Positions 39,065 to 51,029 of a stretch of 64,000 nucleotides of DNA are shown here, piece after piece (the first letter of the stretch is position 1; each line of letters starts with the position of its first letter). The notes below the pieces were generated by a model that was given only the letters and a program-made list of their open reading frames with translations, made no database searches and was not told the DNA's origin. Where the stretch lies: contig NC_043007.1 in the NCBI RefSeq assembly GCF_006345805.1, positions 39,494,001 through 39,558,000 of the forward strand, given 5' to 3'. The translations under genes were made by a program, and so were the position numbers. The DNA comes from Octopus sinensis (Eukaryota).

Positions 39065-40007
39065 AGGGTATGCGCTTTTGAAGGGTACGCGTTTTCAATC
39101 CAGGAACAGGAACTATCAGCTAAATACCTGATGCACAAAAGTGCTAGTGACACAGGAAAAGCAATAATATGTGACAACCGATGCAGACTTTCTGGAGTTA
39201 ACACCGAAGACACAACCCACATCAAAAGCAGTTGTCCGAAAATGACATCAGGGTATTATCTACTGATGAGACATGATGTTGTAGCAAGGACATTGTATAA
39301 TGAGATCTGTCGGAAGATTAACCCTGAGACCAAAGAAATAAGAACAGTATGGTAAAAGCCATAGCTACTCATAATGAAAAGGAGTACTAGTGGATTGTCC
39401 CAGTGAAAACCCCAATAATATGTAAAAATGACTTGGGATAGAGAATGGAAACTACAATTTTGGAAATCAGCTGCCCAAAGTGAAAAAGGAAATACTTACG
39501 CTGAACTATTGAGGAATCTACAGCTACTTTATCCTGTAATTATTGGAGCACAGGGATATGTAACACACTGCTTAAATATCAATCTTAAGAAATTAGGCTT
39601 CTCAAAACCAGGAAGGAGAAAGCTGATTCGAAGACTACAGTTCCAAGCCATCACTGGAACTGTAACATTCTGCAAAACTTTCCAGAAGTTTATCATTTAA
39701 GTATATATCAGCATGTCTAGACATGCAACTATATGCGTGACGTTATACATAAAACAAAACATACAAATCTGCACATATACATGCATACATGCATACATAC
39801 ATGCATACATACATACATACATACATGCATACATGCATACATACATACATGCATGCATGCATACATACATACATACATATATACATGCATGCATACATAC
39901 ATACATACATAATACATACATACATGCAAACATACATGCATACATGCATGCATACATACATACATACATACATACAAACATACATACATACATACATACA
40001 ATCATAC

Positions 40008-40038
<31 letters not shown>

Positions 40039-40120
40039 CATACATAAATACATACATATATACATACATACATACATGCATACATACATGCATACATACA
40101 TACATACATACATACATACA

Positions 40121-40151
<31 letters not shown>

Positions 40152-40441
40152 GCATGCATGCATAGAAAAATAGCCTGTTGATGTGGAAATTCCAATGACG
40201 GAATCTAGGTTGGAAGTCGGTTCTTTCTGTGTTGGCAAGAAATCTTGAAATAAAACTGAATAATGGCATACATACGTACATACATACACACACACACACA
40301 TACACGTACTTACATATGCGTGCACATCTGTGTGTGTAAGTGTGTGGGTGAGGTGGGGGTGGTGGCATGAGAGCGAATGTGTAATCATAGACACATATTT
40401 TTGTATATATATATACAATATATACATACATATATATATAT

Positions 40442-40525
<84 letters not shown>

Positions 40526-41044
40526 TATATATATGAGACAGAAGTAGTTAAGGAAACGTAACTCCACTTATGATTACGCCTTTCCAAAGAGATGGAACAA
40601 GACTGCCTTATTCAAACTCAGGATCTTTTACGCCCCACTCCCCAACCACATACATATATAGTATGTATGTGTGCCTCTGCGTGTGTGTGTGTGTGTGTGT
40701 GTGTGTTTGTGTGTGTGTATCCCATTCAGCACCACCAACACCGACATAAGACCAAAAGAAAAACATTTACACTTTGCACAGATGTTTCATCCTTATGAAT
40801 CATATTGTTTTTTTTTGTTTTGTTTAGATTTTTTTAAAATATTTTTTTAGTTTTCTTTTATTTCAATATTTTATATATTTTTTTTTCTTTAATATTGTTT
40901 AAATGATCTACTTTTGTATTTTCAAGAACACGCGTTGTGTTGCATCGTGCCTTTCTACTTAATCAGAGAGGAAATAGCAATAACTTTATGAATAATAAGA
41001 GACTTACACAGAGATACTTATAATATATGTATATATATATATTG

Positions 41045-41112
<68 letters not shown>

Positions 41113-41318
41113 GCATGTGTGTGTGTGCTTGTCTATACACACACACATACATATATGTATGTATGTATATATATATATGTATATATATGTATATATATAT
41201 ATATATATCTATATATATATATATATGTGTATGTATGTATATATATATGTATATATATATGTATATATATGTATATATATATATATATTATATATATATA
41301 TATATATGTATATATATG

Positions 41319-41358
<40 letters not shown>

Positions 41359-41630
41359 TATATAGAGTGATAGAGAGAGAGTGAGAGAGAGAGAGATTTA
41401 GATAGATAGATAGATAGATAGTTAGATAGATAGACAGATAGATAGACAGATACATATATATGTATATATGTATGTATATATATGTATATATATATATATA
41501 CACATGCATATTTGTAAATGTATGAATGCGTGTGTGTGTCAGAGAGAGAGAGAGAGAGTGTGTATGTGTGAGTGTGTATGTATATGTATGTATGTATGCA
41601 TGTATACGTGTATGTATAAGACAAAATGAA

Positions 41631-41679
41631 TCCAGAGGTTAGTACATCTGCACTCCGTGCAGATGTACTAACCTCTGGA
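41631..41679. repeat. Perfect 23-bp inverted repeat with a 3-nt loop
   Basis: tccagaggttagtacatctgcac-tcc-gtgcagatgtactaacctctgga. Confidence 0.95.
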
Positions 41680-41934
41680 AGTCCTTAAGTTTGGGAAGTC
41701 CTTAAGTACAATTATACAGGATATCCAACATAGCGAGCCCAATATTTACTCATCAGATGGATTAAAGGGGATTGCTCACTCTAAGCAAACCTAGGTGCTC
41801 CTTACAGCTCGATCCGGTCAGCCAGAACCTGGATTATAACTGAGTGCTCGTACGGTACTCACCTGGATAATTTATCCCTATCGGTTCATCTTATATATAC
41901 TGTGTGTTTGTGTGTTGATTTGTATATATTTTTT

Positions 41935-42233
41935 TATCTTTTACTTGTTTCAGTCATTAGATTGCGGCCAAGCTGGGGCACTTTCTTTCAGAATTTTAGT
42001 CGAATGAATCGACCCCCAGCAATTTTTTTTTTTGTAGAATATGTACTGGTACTTACTCTATCGGTCTCTCTTGCTGAACCGTTGGGTTACGGGGGCGTAA
42101 GCGCACCAGGTGATGATGTGGGAGAAATACAAAGACACAGACAGACTGACAGACACACACACACACAAACACACACACGCACGCACACACTCACTCACAC
42201 ACACACACACACACACTCACACACACACACACA

Positions 42234-42266
<33 letters not shown>

Positions 42267-42445
42267 TTATATATACAGTATATACGACGATCTTTCAGTT
42301 TCCGTCTACTAAATCCGCTCACAAGTCTTTGGTCGGCTCGAGGCTACAGAAGAAGACACTATTTGAAGGGGTCTCGCAGTCGGACAGAACATGAAACCAT
42401 GTGGTTGAGAATCAAGCTTCTTACCACATACCTACGCCTGCGCCT
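41935..42445 (-). mobile_element. SINE family B with internal (CA)n expansion
   Basis: ctttcagtttccgtctactaaatccgctcacaagtctttggtcggctcgaggc and tail cttgtttcagtcattagattgcggcc. Confidence 0.78.
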
Positions 42446-42889
42446 ATATGTACATACATACATGCATACATACATACATACATACATACATACATACATA
42501 CATACATACATACATACATACATACATACAATATATATATATATGTGTGTGTATGTGTGTGTATATATATACATATATATATATGTGTGTGTAATATATA
42601 TATATATATATATAATGGACTTCATTTAGGCATAGAGTAGATTCGAACTTGAATCGGCAAATTTCCCATAATATTTCAACAGCACTTGTCTCATAGAAAA
42701 CCAATGGTTGACAGCAAGTTACATTTAACATATGGTTTTACCCAGCCGATTTATGTCTTTGCTACTTGACCCTCTTAACCTCTTCTAGGCCATGAGAAGT
42801 TACAATTGTGATAACAGGTACCCCCAACGAAAGCTATTGTTCTCAACAATATGTCTCTCTTTCTAAGTAGTTTTATATAATCATAAATA

Positions 42890-44690
42890 CATGAACTTCG
42901 TAAGCCAAAATCTAGTCGTGGGTGACCTGGTGGGAGAGGCGCAGACATGCGCCATCCCATGTAGGACGATACATGAGAACCTTCACATCATATGCTACAC
43001 TATAGAGCTTGTGGATAAAATTTCTGGCAAAGATGGGGTACTGGTGAATTTAGACCAGTCTAAGGCATTCGATAGAATTGACCATCGGTATCTGGCGGCG
43101 GTCGGACTGGGTCCGACTTTCCCTGGCTGGATCAATGCTATGTATAGCGACATTGACTCAGTCATCCGGGTCAACAGTTTCTTTTCGAAGACGTTCGCGA
43201 TCGAGTGTTCAGTTCACTAGGGCTGCCCCCTGTCCCTGGTTCTGTATGTATTGGCTTTTGAGCCACTGCTGCGAAGGCTGGAGGCCGCGTGGAGAGACCC
43301 GTGTTGGGAGAGCCGCGTTATCTACGTTATGGTAGAAGAGCGACGGCATATGCAGATGATGTCACCATCATCGTGTTTGATGAAGGGTAGCTACCTCGTG
43401 TAGAAGACGCCATCAAAAGATACGAAGCGGTGGCAGGAGCAAAAGTTAACCAGGAAAAATTAGTCGGTTTGCAACTCGGCACCTGGAGGGGCAAGTCGAT
43501 GGATCCCAACAGCGTCGTGGGACGTTGGACGGAGGGCCCGGGTAAACTGCTTGGGGTCTGGTTCCTCCAGATGGAGAAAAACTGGAAGGAGGTCACAAGT
43601 AAGATGACGGCCATAACCCAGACCTGTTCTGGGAGGACGCTATCCTTGCTAGGAAGGTTGCACAGGTGTTTGTAGCATCTGTGATAACCTACCGCCTAAC
43701 CGTCGTGCCTTGCCCCGGTGTGTGGCTGACTAAGTTGGAACGGATCCTTTTCTACTTTTTATGGAATGAGAAACCACCACTTGTGAGGCGCTCCATCTGC
43801 TGCCAGAAAATGTTAAGGGGTGGTTTAGGGATGCCTTGGCTGATGATGCGCAAGTATACACTGAGACTGAGACATCTCTCTGACTCAACCTGGATGGTGA
43901 GCGGGTGTGGTTACCGCATGTCAAGCTCTTCCTTCCACAATTGACGTCTCTAAGGGACATAGGGATATGGATCAAGTTTAGACCGAAAATGGTCGATTGG
44001 CAGAAGGAGTGCAGACGAGCACTCACTCTATTCTCCTAGGCGAGCAATACCGGCAGCGGGGCTACCACTGCGGATTTTTGTAGCGGGTTGGTAGAGCACA
44101 TGTCCCATGACGTCCTGGGGGAGACTATGGGCTTCGATGGGGTTCAACTTGTCAACCTGTTTGGAAGAACATTCGGGTCGAGGTATCTGGATAACTTCCG
44201 AAAATCCCTGGCCTGGTTGTACTACCGATCGGCCTGGCCAGTTCGCGAGAGGTTGTCAAGGCATGGAATCCCCCCCCTTCCACCACCACCACATTCCCGG
44301 GGTGCGAGCGTGTCAGTGAAACTGTCACGCATGCCATCGTACATTGTGAGGAATTGAGGGAATTGATAACCCATGTTGAACAACTTATGTCAGAAACAGA
44401 AAGAGTACGGCTTTCGACTGAGTCTATCATCACGATTGTACCGCCTCCTTCCTTGAATAAGGAAAAGGAGGCATCCTTTTTCTGCGTAGTAGCCGTGCTG
44501 AAAGGTACGGTATGGGTGACGCGTGGAAGGGGAAGTGAGACGAGCAACTTTATCTCCGGACGCGGGTTGGTGTGCTGCTTCAACTACCATCTGTCCAGAA
44601 AGATCAGTCTGGAGAAGAAGTGCCTGTCTTTTTGAGAAAAGATGGGCAAATGTCGGAAGGAAGTTGAGAGTGAATGGGGCCGCGCTAGTG
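42890..44690 (+). mobile_element. 5'-truncated Tx1/L1-clade LINE (RT and C-terminus), degenerate
   Basis: AQTCAIPCRTIHENL...VNLDQSKAFDRIDH...SVHxGCPLSLVLY...AYADDVTII...YEAVAGAKVN. Confidence 0.9.
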
Positions 44691-44694
44691 TAGT

Positions 44695-44915
44695 GTATAC
44701 CAGAGTAAGCACATAAATATAAAACAAGGTGGAAAAACTAGTACTCGAATACCAGAAGTAGAGTAATATGCTTTATTAATAAAGCTGCCAAGATATCATA
44801 AAAAGTGTCACTTGGAGTTTCACATTCCCGTTCAGCTGACAGTTTTCCGATGAATGGTAACGTGAAACTCTGAGTAACAGGTTTTGTGATGTCTTTGCTA
44901 CTTTATTAATAAAGT
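44695..44915. mobile_element. Older copy of the 28.3-kb Penelope-type fold-back with decayed hammerhead motifs
   Basis: 44695-44775 is the reverse complement of 28430-28510. Inverted arms follow, with ccgatga-atg gtaa cgt-gaaa-ctctgag-ta-acagg at 44847-44881. Confidence 0.8.
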
Positions 44916-45123
44916 ATGTGCATGTGTGTAGATATATATATGTGTCCCAGCATGGCCACAGCTCATTAGCTGAAACTGGAAAAATCAAAAATCAAAAAAA
45001 TATATATATATATATATATATATACTATATATATATATATATATATTATATTATATTATTATATATTATTTATATTATATTATATCATATCATATTATAT
45101 TATATTATATTATATTATATTTT

Positions 45124-45505
45124 AGGGTATCTAAGAGATACCACCACTCTGGAAGTAGCAGCCAAAACTTGACCCTAAAACCACATTAAATGTTCATACA
45201 GCACCAAGAGAGAAGACAAAGAGACAAAATAAACTAGCAAAAAAATTACTGGATAATTCCAGATCCCGGATTTCTGAATCTGCATGAAAAATGCTCTGCC
45301 TTCCTGAGTATATTCCACTGATGAAGGCAGAGCTTTTCCTATGCAGCGCCAGAAATCCGGGATCTGGAATTATCCAGTATTTTAGTTTTTGCTAGTATAT
45401 TTTGTCTTTTTGTCTTCTCTCCTGGTGCTGTATGAACATTTATTGTGGTTTTAGAGCCAAGTTTTGGCTGCTATTTCCAGTGTGGTGGTATCTCTTAGAT
45501 ACCCT
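45124..45505. repeat. Long fold-back palindrome (~180-bp arms, 19-nt loop)
   Basis: agggtatctaagagataccaccac...gctctgccttc | ctgagtatattccactgat | gaaggcagagc...gtggtggtatctcttagataccct. Confidence 0.93.
45312..45370 (+). ncRNA. Type-I hammerhead ribozyme motif at the palindrome apex
   Basis: attcca-CTGATGA-a ggc(19 nt)gcc a-GAAA-tccggga-TC|tggaat: perfect 6-bp stem I, intact boxes, quasi-palindromic stem III, AUC site at 45362-45364. Confidence 0.72.
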
Positions 45506-45642
45506 GAATTATAATTTTAATAATAATTACTACCATTGAAGTTTTTTATTCCCATGCTGGCCACCAGATAATGTCGGTATTTAAATATCGATCTTTTGCT
45601 TATTTATATAAATTTATATATATATGTATATATATATTATGC

Positions 45643-45674
<32 letters not shown>

Positions 45675-45676
45675 AT

Positions 45677-45741
<65 letters not shown>

Positions 45742-46026
45742 TACGGAGATATACTTGCATAGCAATGATTTGATCTGAGATCGTGTGCTAGAAGGAAAAC
45801 ATTGCAGCGTGGAAGGTATTGTAAGCCATTTAAGAACACACAAGCCGTTCGATTCACTTCAACATTTAAGTTTAATTTGTCAAAATTTTTCGTCGCTATA
45901 AGACCGGGACCTGTTCACTGTTCATATATATATATATATATATCTGCTTCCATCTATATATATATATAATATATAATACTATAATATTCCATTGTATATA
46001 TATTTTTTATTATCCCTTTTGGATTA

Positions 46027-46108
<82 letters not shown>

Positions 46109-46192
46109 ATATATATATATATGTATGTATAATCATAGATGTATGTATATATACTATATTTATATATGTATATATTTATGCATGTGTATGTA

Positions 46193-46237
<45 letters not shown>

Positions 46238-46249
46238 TTAGATATATTC

Positions 46250-46395
46250 CCGACGGGCTTCTTTCAATTTCCGTGTATGAAATTCATGCACAAGGCTTTG
46301 GACAGTCCAGGTTTACCGTAGAAGACACTTTCCCAAACCAGGAACCACGCGGTTGAGGACCAAATGTTTTACAACGCTGCTACACCTGCACCTAT
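46250..46395 (-). mobile_element. SINE family B fragment
   Basis: cgacgggcttctttcaatttccg...cacaaggctttgg...gtagaagacactttccc. Confidence 0.7.
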
Positions 46396-46399
46396 ATAT

Positions 46400-46771
46400 C
46401 GTGGTACTCCGTCGTACACGACGACGAGGCTTCCAGTTGATCCGATCAACGGGACAGCCTGCTCATAGACTTAATGTGCAACTGGCTGAGCATTCTACAG
46501 ACACGTGTACCATTAACGTACCATTAACGGGGAGATTCAGCGTGACACAGAGTGTTACAAGGCTGGCTCTTTGAAATACAGGTACAACAGAAACAGGAAG
46601 AAAGTTGTGGTGAAAGAGTACAGCAGGGTTCGCCACCACCCACTGCCGTAGCCTGGTGGATCTTTTGGTATTTTCGTTCAATATACACTGACAACATCCG
46701 GTCTGGGAGTCGAAACTGCGATCGTAATGACCGCGAGTCCGCTGCCCTAACCACTGGGCCATCGCGCCTCC
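46400..46771 (-). mobile_element. tRNA-derived SINE family C (composite tail)
   Basis: Reverse-complement head ggaggcgcgatggcccagtggttagggcagcggactcgcggtc...gtttcgactcccagaccgg; the body is shared with the 33.1-kb copy. Confidence 0.82.
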
Positions 46772-46774
46772 ATG

Positions 46775-46818
<44 letters not shown>

Positions 46819-46851
46819 TTGGTTTGTGAAAGCATGTGGTTGAATATATAG

Positions 46852-47049
46852 AAAATAGTAAAAAGTGAAAAAACTACAGAAATAACGACGTAAGAAATTT
46901 GAAAAGCTAAACGCGAAACCGGTCTTTCTTCTAAATTATGTCATTGTAGGAAAAGAATTTATAATATTCTTCAGACATATTGACTTAAATATATATTCTT
47001 TAACCTTTTAAAACAAGCCTTCTGTAGTTTTTTTACTTTTTACTATTTT
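46852..47049 (+). mobile_element. Solo Penelope-type terminus with a ~29-bp inverted end, same family as 28930-29110
   Basis: 46880-47049 matches the reverse complement of 28930-29115; 46852-46880 is an inverted copy of its last ~29 bp. Confidence 0.82.
46891..46929 (+). ncRNA. Second U3-A8 hammerhead variant (slightly decayed stem I)
   Basis: aagaaat-TTGAAAA-gc taaac gc-GAAA-ccgg-TC|tttctt. Confidence 0.62.
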
Positions 47050-47059
47050 ATATATATAT

Positions 47060-47112
<53 letters not shown>

Positions 47113-47168
47113 CCGTTGTGTGTGTGTGTGTATACATTCATACACACACACTCACACACATATATATG

Positions 47169-47211
<43 letters not shown>

Positions 47212-47259
47212 CCGTTTGTGTGTGTGTATACACACACGCACAAGCCTAAACACGCGCAC

Positions 47260-47330
<71 letters not shown>

Positions 47331-47908
47331 AGGCGCGGTCCCACGAATTTTTCGGAGAGAGGGCACAAAGTCAGAAGGAAATCCAGTTCCAGGAGAAAAG
47401 GACGTAATCACATTGTATAGAAGTCCGCCGCTGTTTATCATATATTTGTCTCTATATATATAACTCGTATATTCATTTGCGTCGTGCATTCACATCCAGT
47501 CTACTGTTGCAGGACGAACGACTCTTTCGCGGACCCGATAAAATCGCTGTGATAGGTTTGGGAAGTCCTTAAGTCAAGTGTTGTAGTTTTATTCAGCTTA
47601 TCTCTCTCAATGGCAAAACACCAGCTGCTATGGCAGTTTATAAGAGGTCTTTCAATTTTCGTACAATCTCTTGCTGTCTTTCAAACATCTCTCTCCCGCT
47701 TTCTCTTTGTCTGTCTCTATCTGTCTCTCTCTTTTTCTCTCTCTCGCTTTCGCTCTTTCTCACTCCCTTACACACACTTTCTCACACATAAACACACATA
47801 TCTGTATATCTTTCTGTATGAGTCATTTAGTGGAGGCTATCCCTCGTCGCTGACGATGTCCTGCTTGTGGTGGATTTTCTGTTTATTATCTGTTTAACAC
47901 ATGCGGTA

Positions 47909-47946
<38 letters not shown>

Positions 47947-48121
47947 GCACAAAAACGCAAACACTCACAAACCTAAACACGCCCAAACACACACACATGC
48001 ATCACATCTTTGTCCGGTTCTAAGTATAGGTCAGTAGGTTAACCTACTCCATCTCCATTGCCGTTGTTGTTTTCGCTTGACGTACACAATCAATGTATTG
48101 TTACAATAAGTTTTAGCTCTA

Positions 48122-48340
48122 AGACGGCGAGCTGGCGGAAACGTTAGCAATCCGGGCGAAATGCATAGCGATATTTCGTCAGTCTTTTCGCTCTGTGTTC
48201 AAATTCCGCCGAGGTCGACTTTACTTTTTATCCTTTCGGGGGCCGATGAATTAAGTACCAGTTGCGTACTGAGGTCGATCTAATCGACTGGCCCCCTCCC
48301 CCAAAATTTCAGTCCTTGTGCCTAGAGTAGAAAAAGAATA
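48122..48340 (+). mobile_element. SINE family A
   Basis: aagacggcgagctggcggaaacgttagc...gttcaaattccgccgaggtcgac...aagtaccag...ggccccctccccaaaattt. Confidence 0.88.
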
Positions 48341-48559
48341 AGTTTTTGCTCTCTTACGGTTTGTAAAATCTACAATGAAGCTAGCTTTAAGCTGACGACG
48401 AATGGAATATTTCAAACCCAGAACACAAAATAGCATCTGTATATTTAACTTGGCGTTGATTTACTGTAGAAAGTCACAAAACTATGGAATTCTTCTCGAG
48501 ATAGCATCTCATATAGACGTATTTTTTATTATATTATTCCGCCTTTAACCCTCCAGCGC

Positions 48560-48790
48560 GGAGTATAGGCCACTCATAGTTGAATTCTATGTCGCATAAT
48601 TTTTCACTTCTGTACTTATACTCTGCCATGAATGTCCCCCTTTCTCCAGTTCCTTTTTTGTTGATCTACGCCACGAATTCTTAGGCCTACCTTTCTTTCT
48701 ATATTCCACTGTAAAGCACTTTTCGCTACATTTGATATGTCTTTTCTAATTGAGCTACCAATCCACCTCCACTTTTTCTTAAATATTTGC
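48560..48790 (-). mobile_element. RTE-clade LINE 3' end
   Basis: Reverse complement: KKKWRWIG..IRK....ALQWN..RKVGRPKNSWRRS (cf. RRWxWIGH...ALxWNP.GKR.RGRP..TW). Confidence 0.75.
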
Positions 48791-49494
48791 TCCCTAAACT
48801 ACTAAATAGTACAGAAGAATATCAGTAGCAGACAAAATATTTCCAACAGCGGCGGTGGAATTCCTAAATTTCTGCTCTTTCGTGCGTCATCGGTAGCAAG
48901 TATCCATTAGCAACTGCATGCTTAGACTAATTTAGCTTTCACTGATACAGAGAAACAGTGATTAACAAGTCTCTGGTATAAAGAAATATCCGGCAGGCTA
49001 TAGAAAAATTCATTGATAGCAAAGGATGCACTATCAGTGCAAAACATCATTTTGTACATCTTACTTAATGTGGATGCACTGAAGAAAACTCGCAAAACTG
49101 CGGTATTCGTCGCAAAAAGGCATCTCGTATAGTGCTAAAAAGCAGAGAAACATATCAGTAACAAACAAAAGTGTCCAGCAGCAGCGATGGAGTTGCTAAA
49201 TGTAGGTCTTTGCTTTCCTAAGCGTCGTCGGTCGCAACTATCAGCAAGCAAACGCATACTTTTAAAGAAATTTAGCTTCTGAGATTCCTCATATTTCCAG
49301 TGAGTTCCGATAATTGATGTGTATTTTACTGCTATACCCTTGTCTGATCTGATGCGTTAACCTAATGTGATGCAACTGCAAGAAGCTAGGAAATTTCTTC
49401 AGTGATCTCCCGATTTTGCCTTACACTGCAGCGATCCAACCACTGACGACAGGAGCAAAACCAGCTGCAATGAGGACAGCTATCATGTATTAGT

Positions 49495-49710
49495 AAGTCA
49501 ACCCTATCGAAAGGTTTCGATTCATCTAAATTGACCAGTGTCACACTCGTTCCATCTTTCTTACCCTCATTCTTTATGATAAATCGCATGAACTAAAAGT
49601 TGTCGTGGATAGATCTGTTCGGGATGGCGCATGTCTGCGTATCACCGACCACACTACTAACTACAAGCGCCAAACTCTTTGTTAATACCTTGGCTAAATC
49701 TTAAAATTTG
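49495..49710 (-). mobile_element. Tx1/L1 RT fragment, same family as 42.9 kb
   Basis: LAKVLTKSLALVVSSVVGDTQTCAIPNRSIHDN...TLVNLDESKPFDRVD. Confidence 0.82.
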
Positions 49711-50761
49711 TTTCGCAAAGCAATGAGTCAAAATCATCGATGTCTTCCCTCTTTTGTTAGCAGCGTTACCATTTCTACACAGACAGAACAGGGAATTCTT
49801 CCGTTCTGTTACCATTTGAGTTACCTATTTTGTAGCCATACATTTTGTGATTGTCTGATTATATTTTCATCCTTCACCGCTTACATTTCCTCGTTGTTTA
49901 ACGTGAAAACACTGCGGGATGCAGTAGGGCCTGGTTAAAGCATATTTGTGTACATGTATCCTTTGTGCTGGTGATAGTATCGTTAAATGAGAACAAGTCC
50001 CGCCTGAGTAGTTTGTGTTCTGAAGGTGTCTTGTGTTTCAGTATCTTAGTTGTGATTTTGATTCTTGCTGCTTCTGCTGCTGTTTTACTTGCTAATATTG
50101 CTGTTGGTTTTGCTGAGTGTTGTGGTTTGGGCAATTAGTGCATTCCGCCCCCTCCTTGCTTGAAGTCAGGAAGCTCTTTGATGAATGGTGCGACCGTATG
50201 TGTACCCCATAGAATTTCTGCCTTCTACAACAATTCTTATCGGTTTTTCACCCTTCAAATAAATCATGCGTTTGCAGAGTTAATAGAAGCGTTTGCAAAG
50301 TTAATATATCCTATTCTGTTCTAAATATCGTCTAGTACTGACACAAATTTGATTTAGAGTTAACATTCTCCTTATATTTTCTCCAAGACCATTACGAAAT
50401 AATTGACGTTTGTTTCAGATCACCGAGTGCTCACTGTCAGGTTAGTAAAGCATCAACCTATTTATAATGCCACCAATAAACACCAATCGGAGGAGCGTGG
50501 GTGGGAGGCTATTTTCTTAGCCTCCTCTCCTTGGAAACATAAGACCCCACCAACAGCATCCTATATGCCTTCATTTATGAACCCTACACAACGCTGTTGT
50601 TTTACCTATTGACTTTATTCAATTTTTGCTGTTATTATAACATTGAAACTGTTCTTGGGGACGTTCGCAAATATTGTTATTTTTTACCATCACTCGATAT
50701 TATGCAAACCCTACCTCCTACAAATTGTTGTTGCTGTATTTATTATTATTATTGTTATTAT

Positions 50762-50879
50762 TATTATTATTATGTTTTTTCCTTCTTTCTTCAAATTTTC
50801 TTCCGTTTCTCGCCGAGTGTTTTCCATACACCTAGGGCAGAGAAGGGCATTGTATGCATTCCCAGATTACACGCGCAAA

Positions 50880-50880
<1 letters not shown>
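50762..50880 (-). mobile_element. Dong/R4 3'-UTR-only insertion inside a (TAT)n tract
   Basis: Reverse complement of 5415-5530, flanked both sides by (ATT)n. A related piece lies at ~56040-56130. Confidence 0.75.
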
Positions 50881-50941
<61 letters not shown>

Positions 50942-51029
50942 CATTATTATTATTATTGTGTGAGAGAGCAGTGCATGCTATCAAAATGACACAGGTGTAA
51001 AATATGAAACCCAGTGACCCATCATGACT

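Larger units (their letters stand above)
37570..39775 (+). mobile_element. 5'-truncated degenerate Dong/R4 LINE (RT, zinc knuckle, RLE), interrupted by a MITE and a NUMT
   Basis: FFVDDLKL..FSxDIGLEFGQDKC; LDWTLDEIQAIDVETRK...SDVDRLYLKRKQGGRGL; CRLSGVNTEDTTHIKSSC..RHDVVAR; PVIIGAQG...LQFQAITGT. Flanked by (ATAC)n. Confidence 0.92.

Noticed and set aside
38871-39065. ND5 as a functional nuclear or organellar gene
   Set aside because: It is a ~200-bp internal fragment embedded in a LINE; a NUMT.
42760-42890. Inverted 5' piece of the Tx1 element (twin priming)
   Set aside because: Similarity to the expected LLRK...RPITLLN region is too weak to call by eye.
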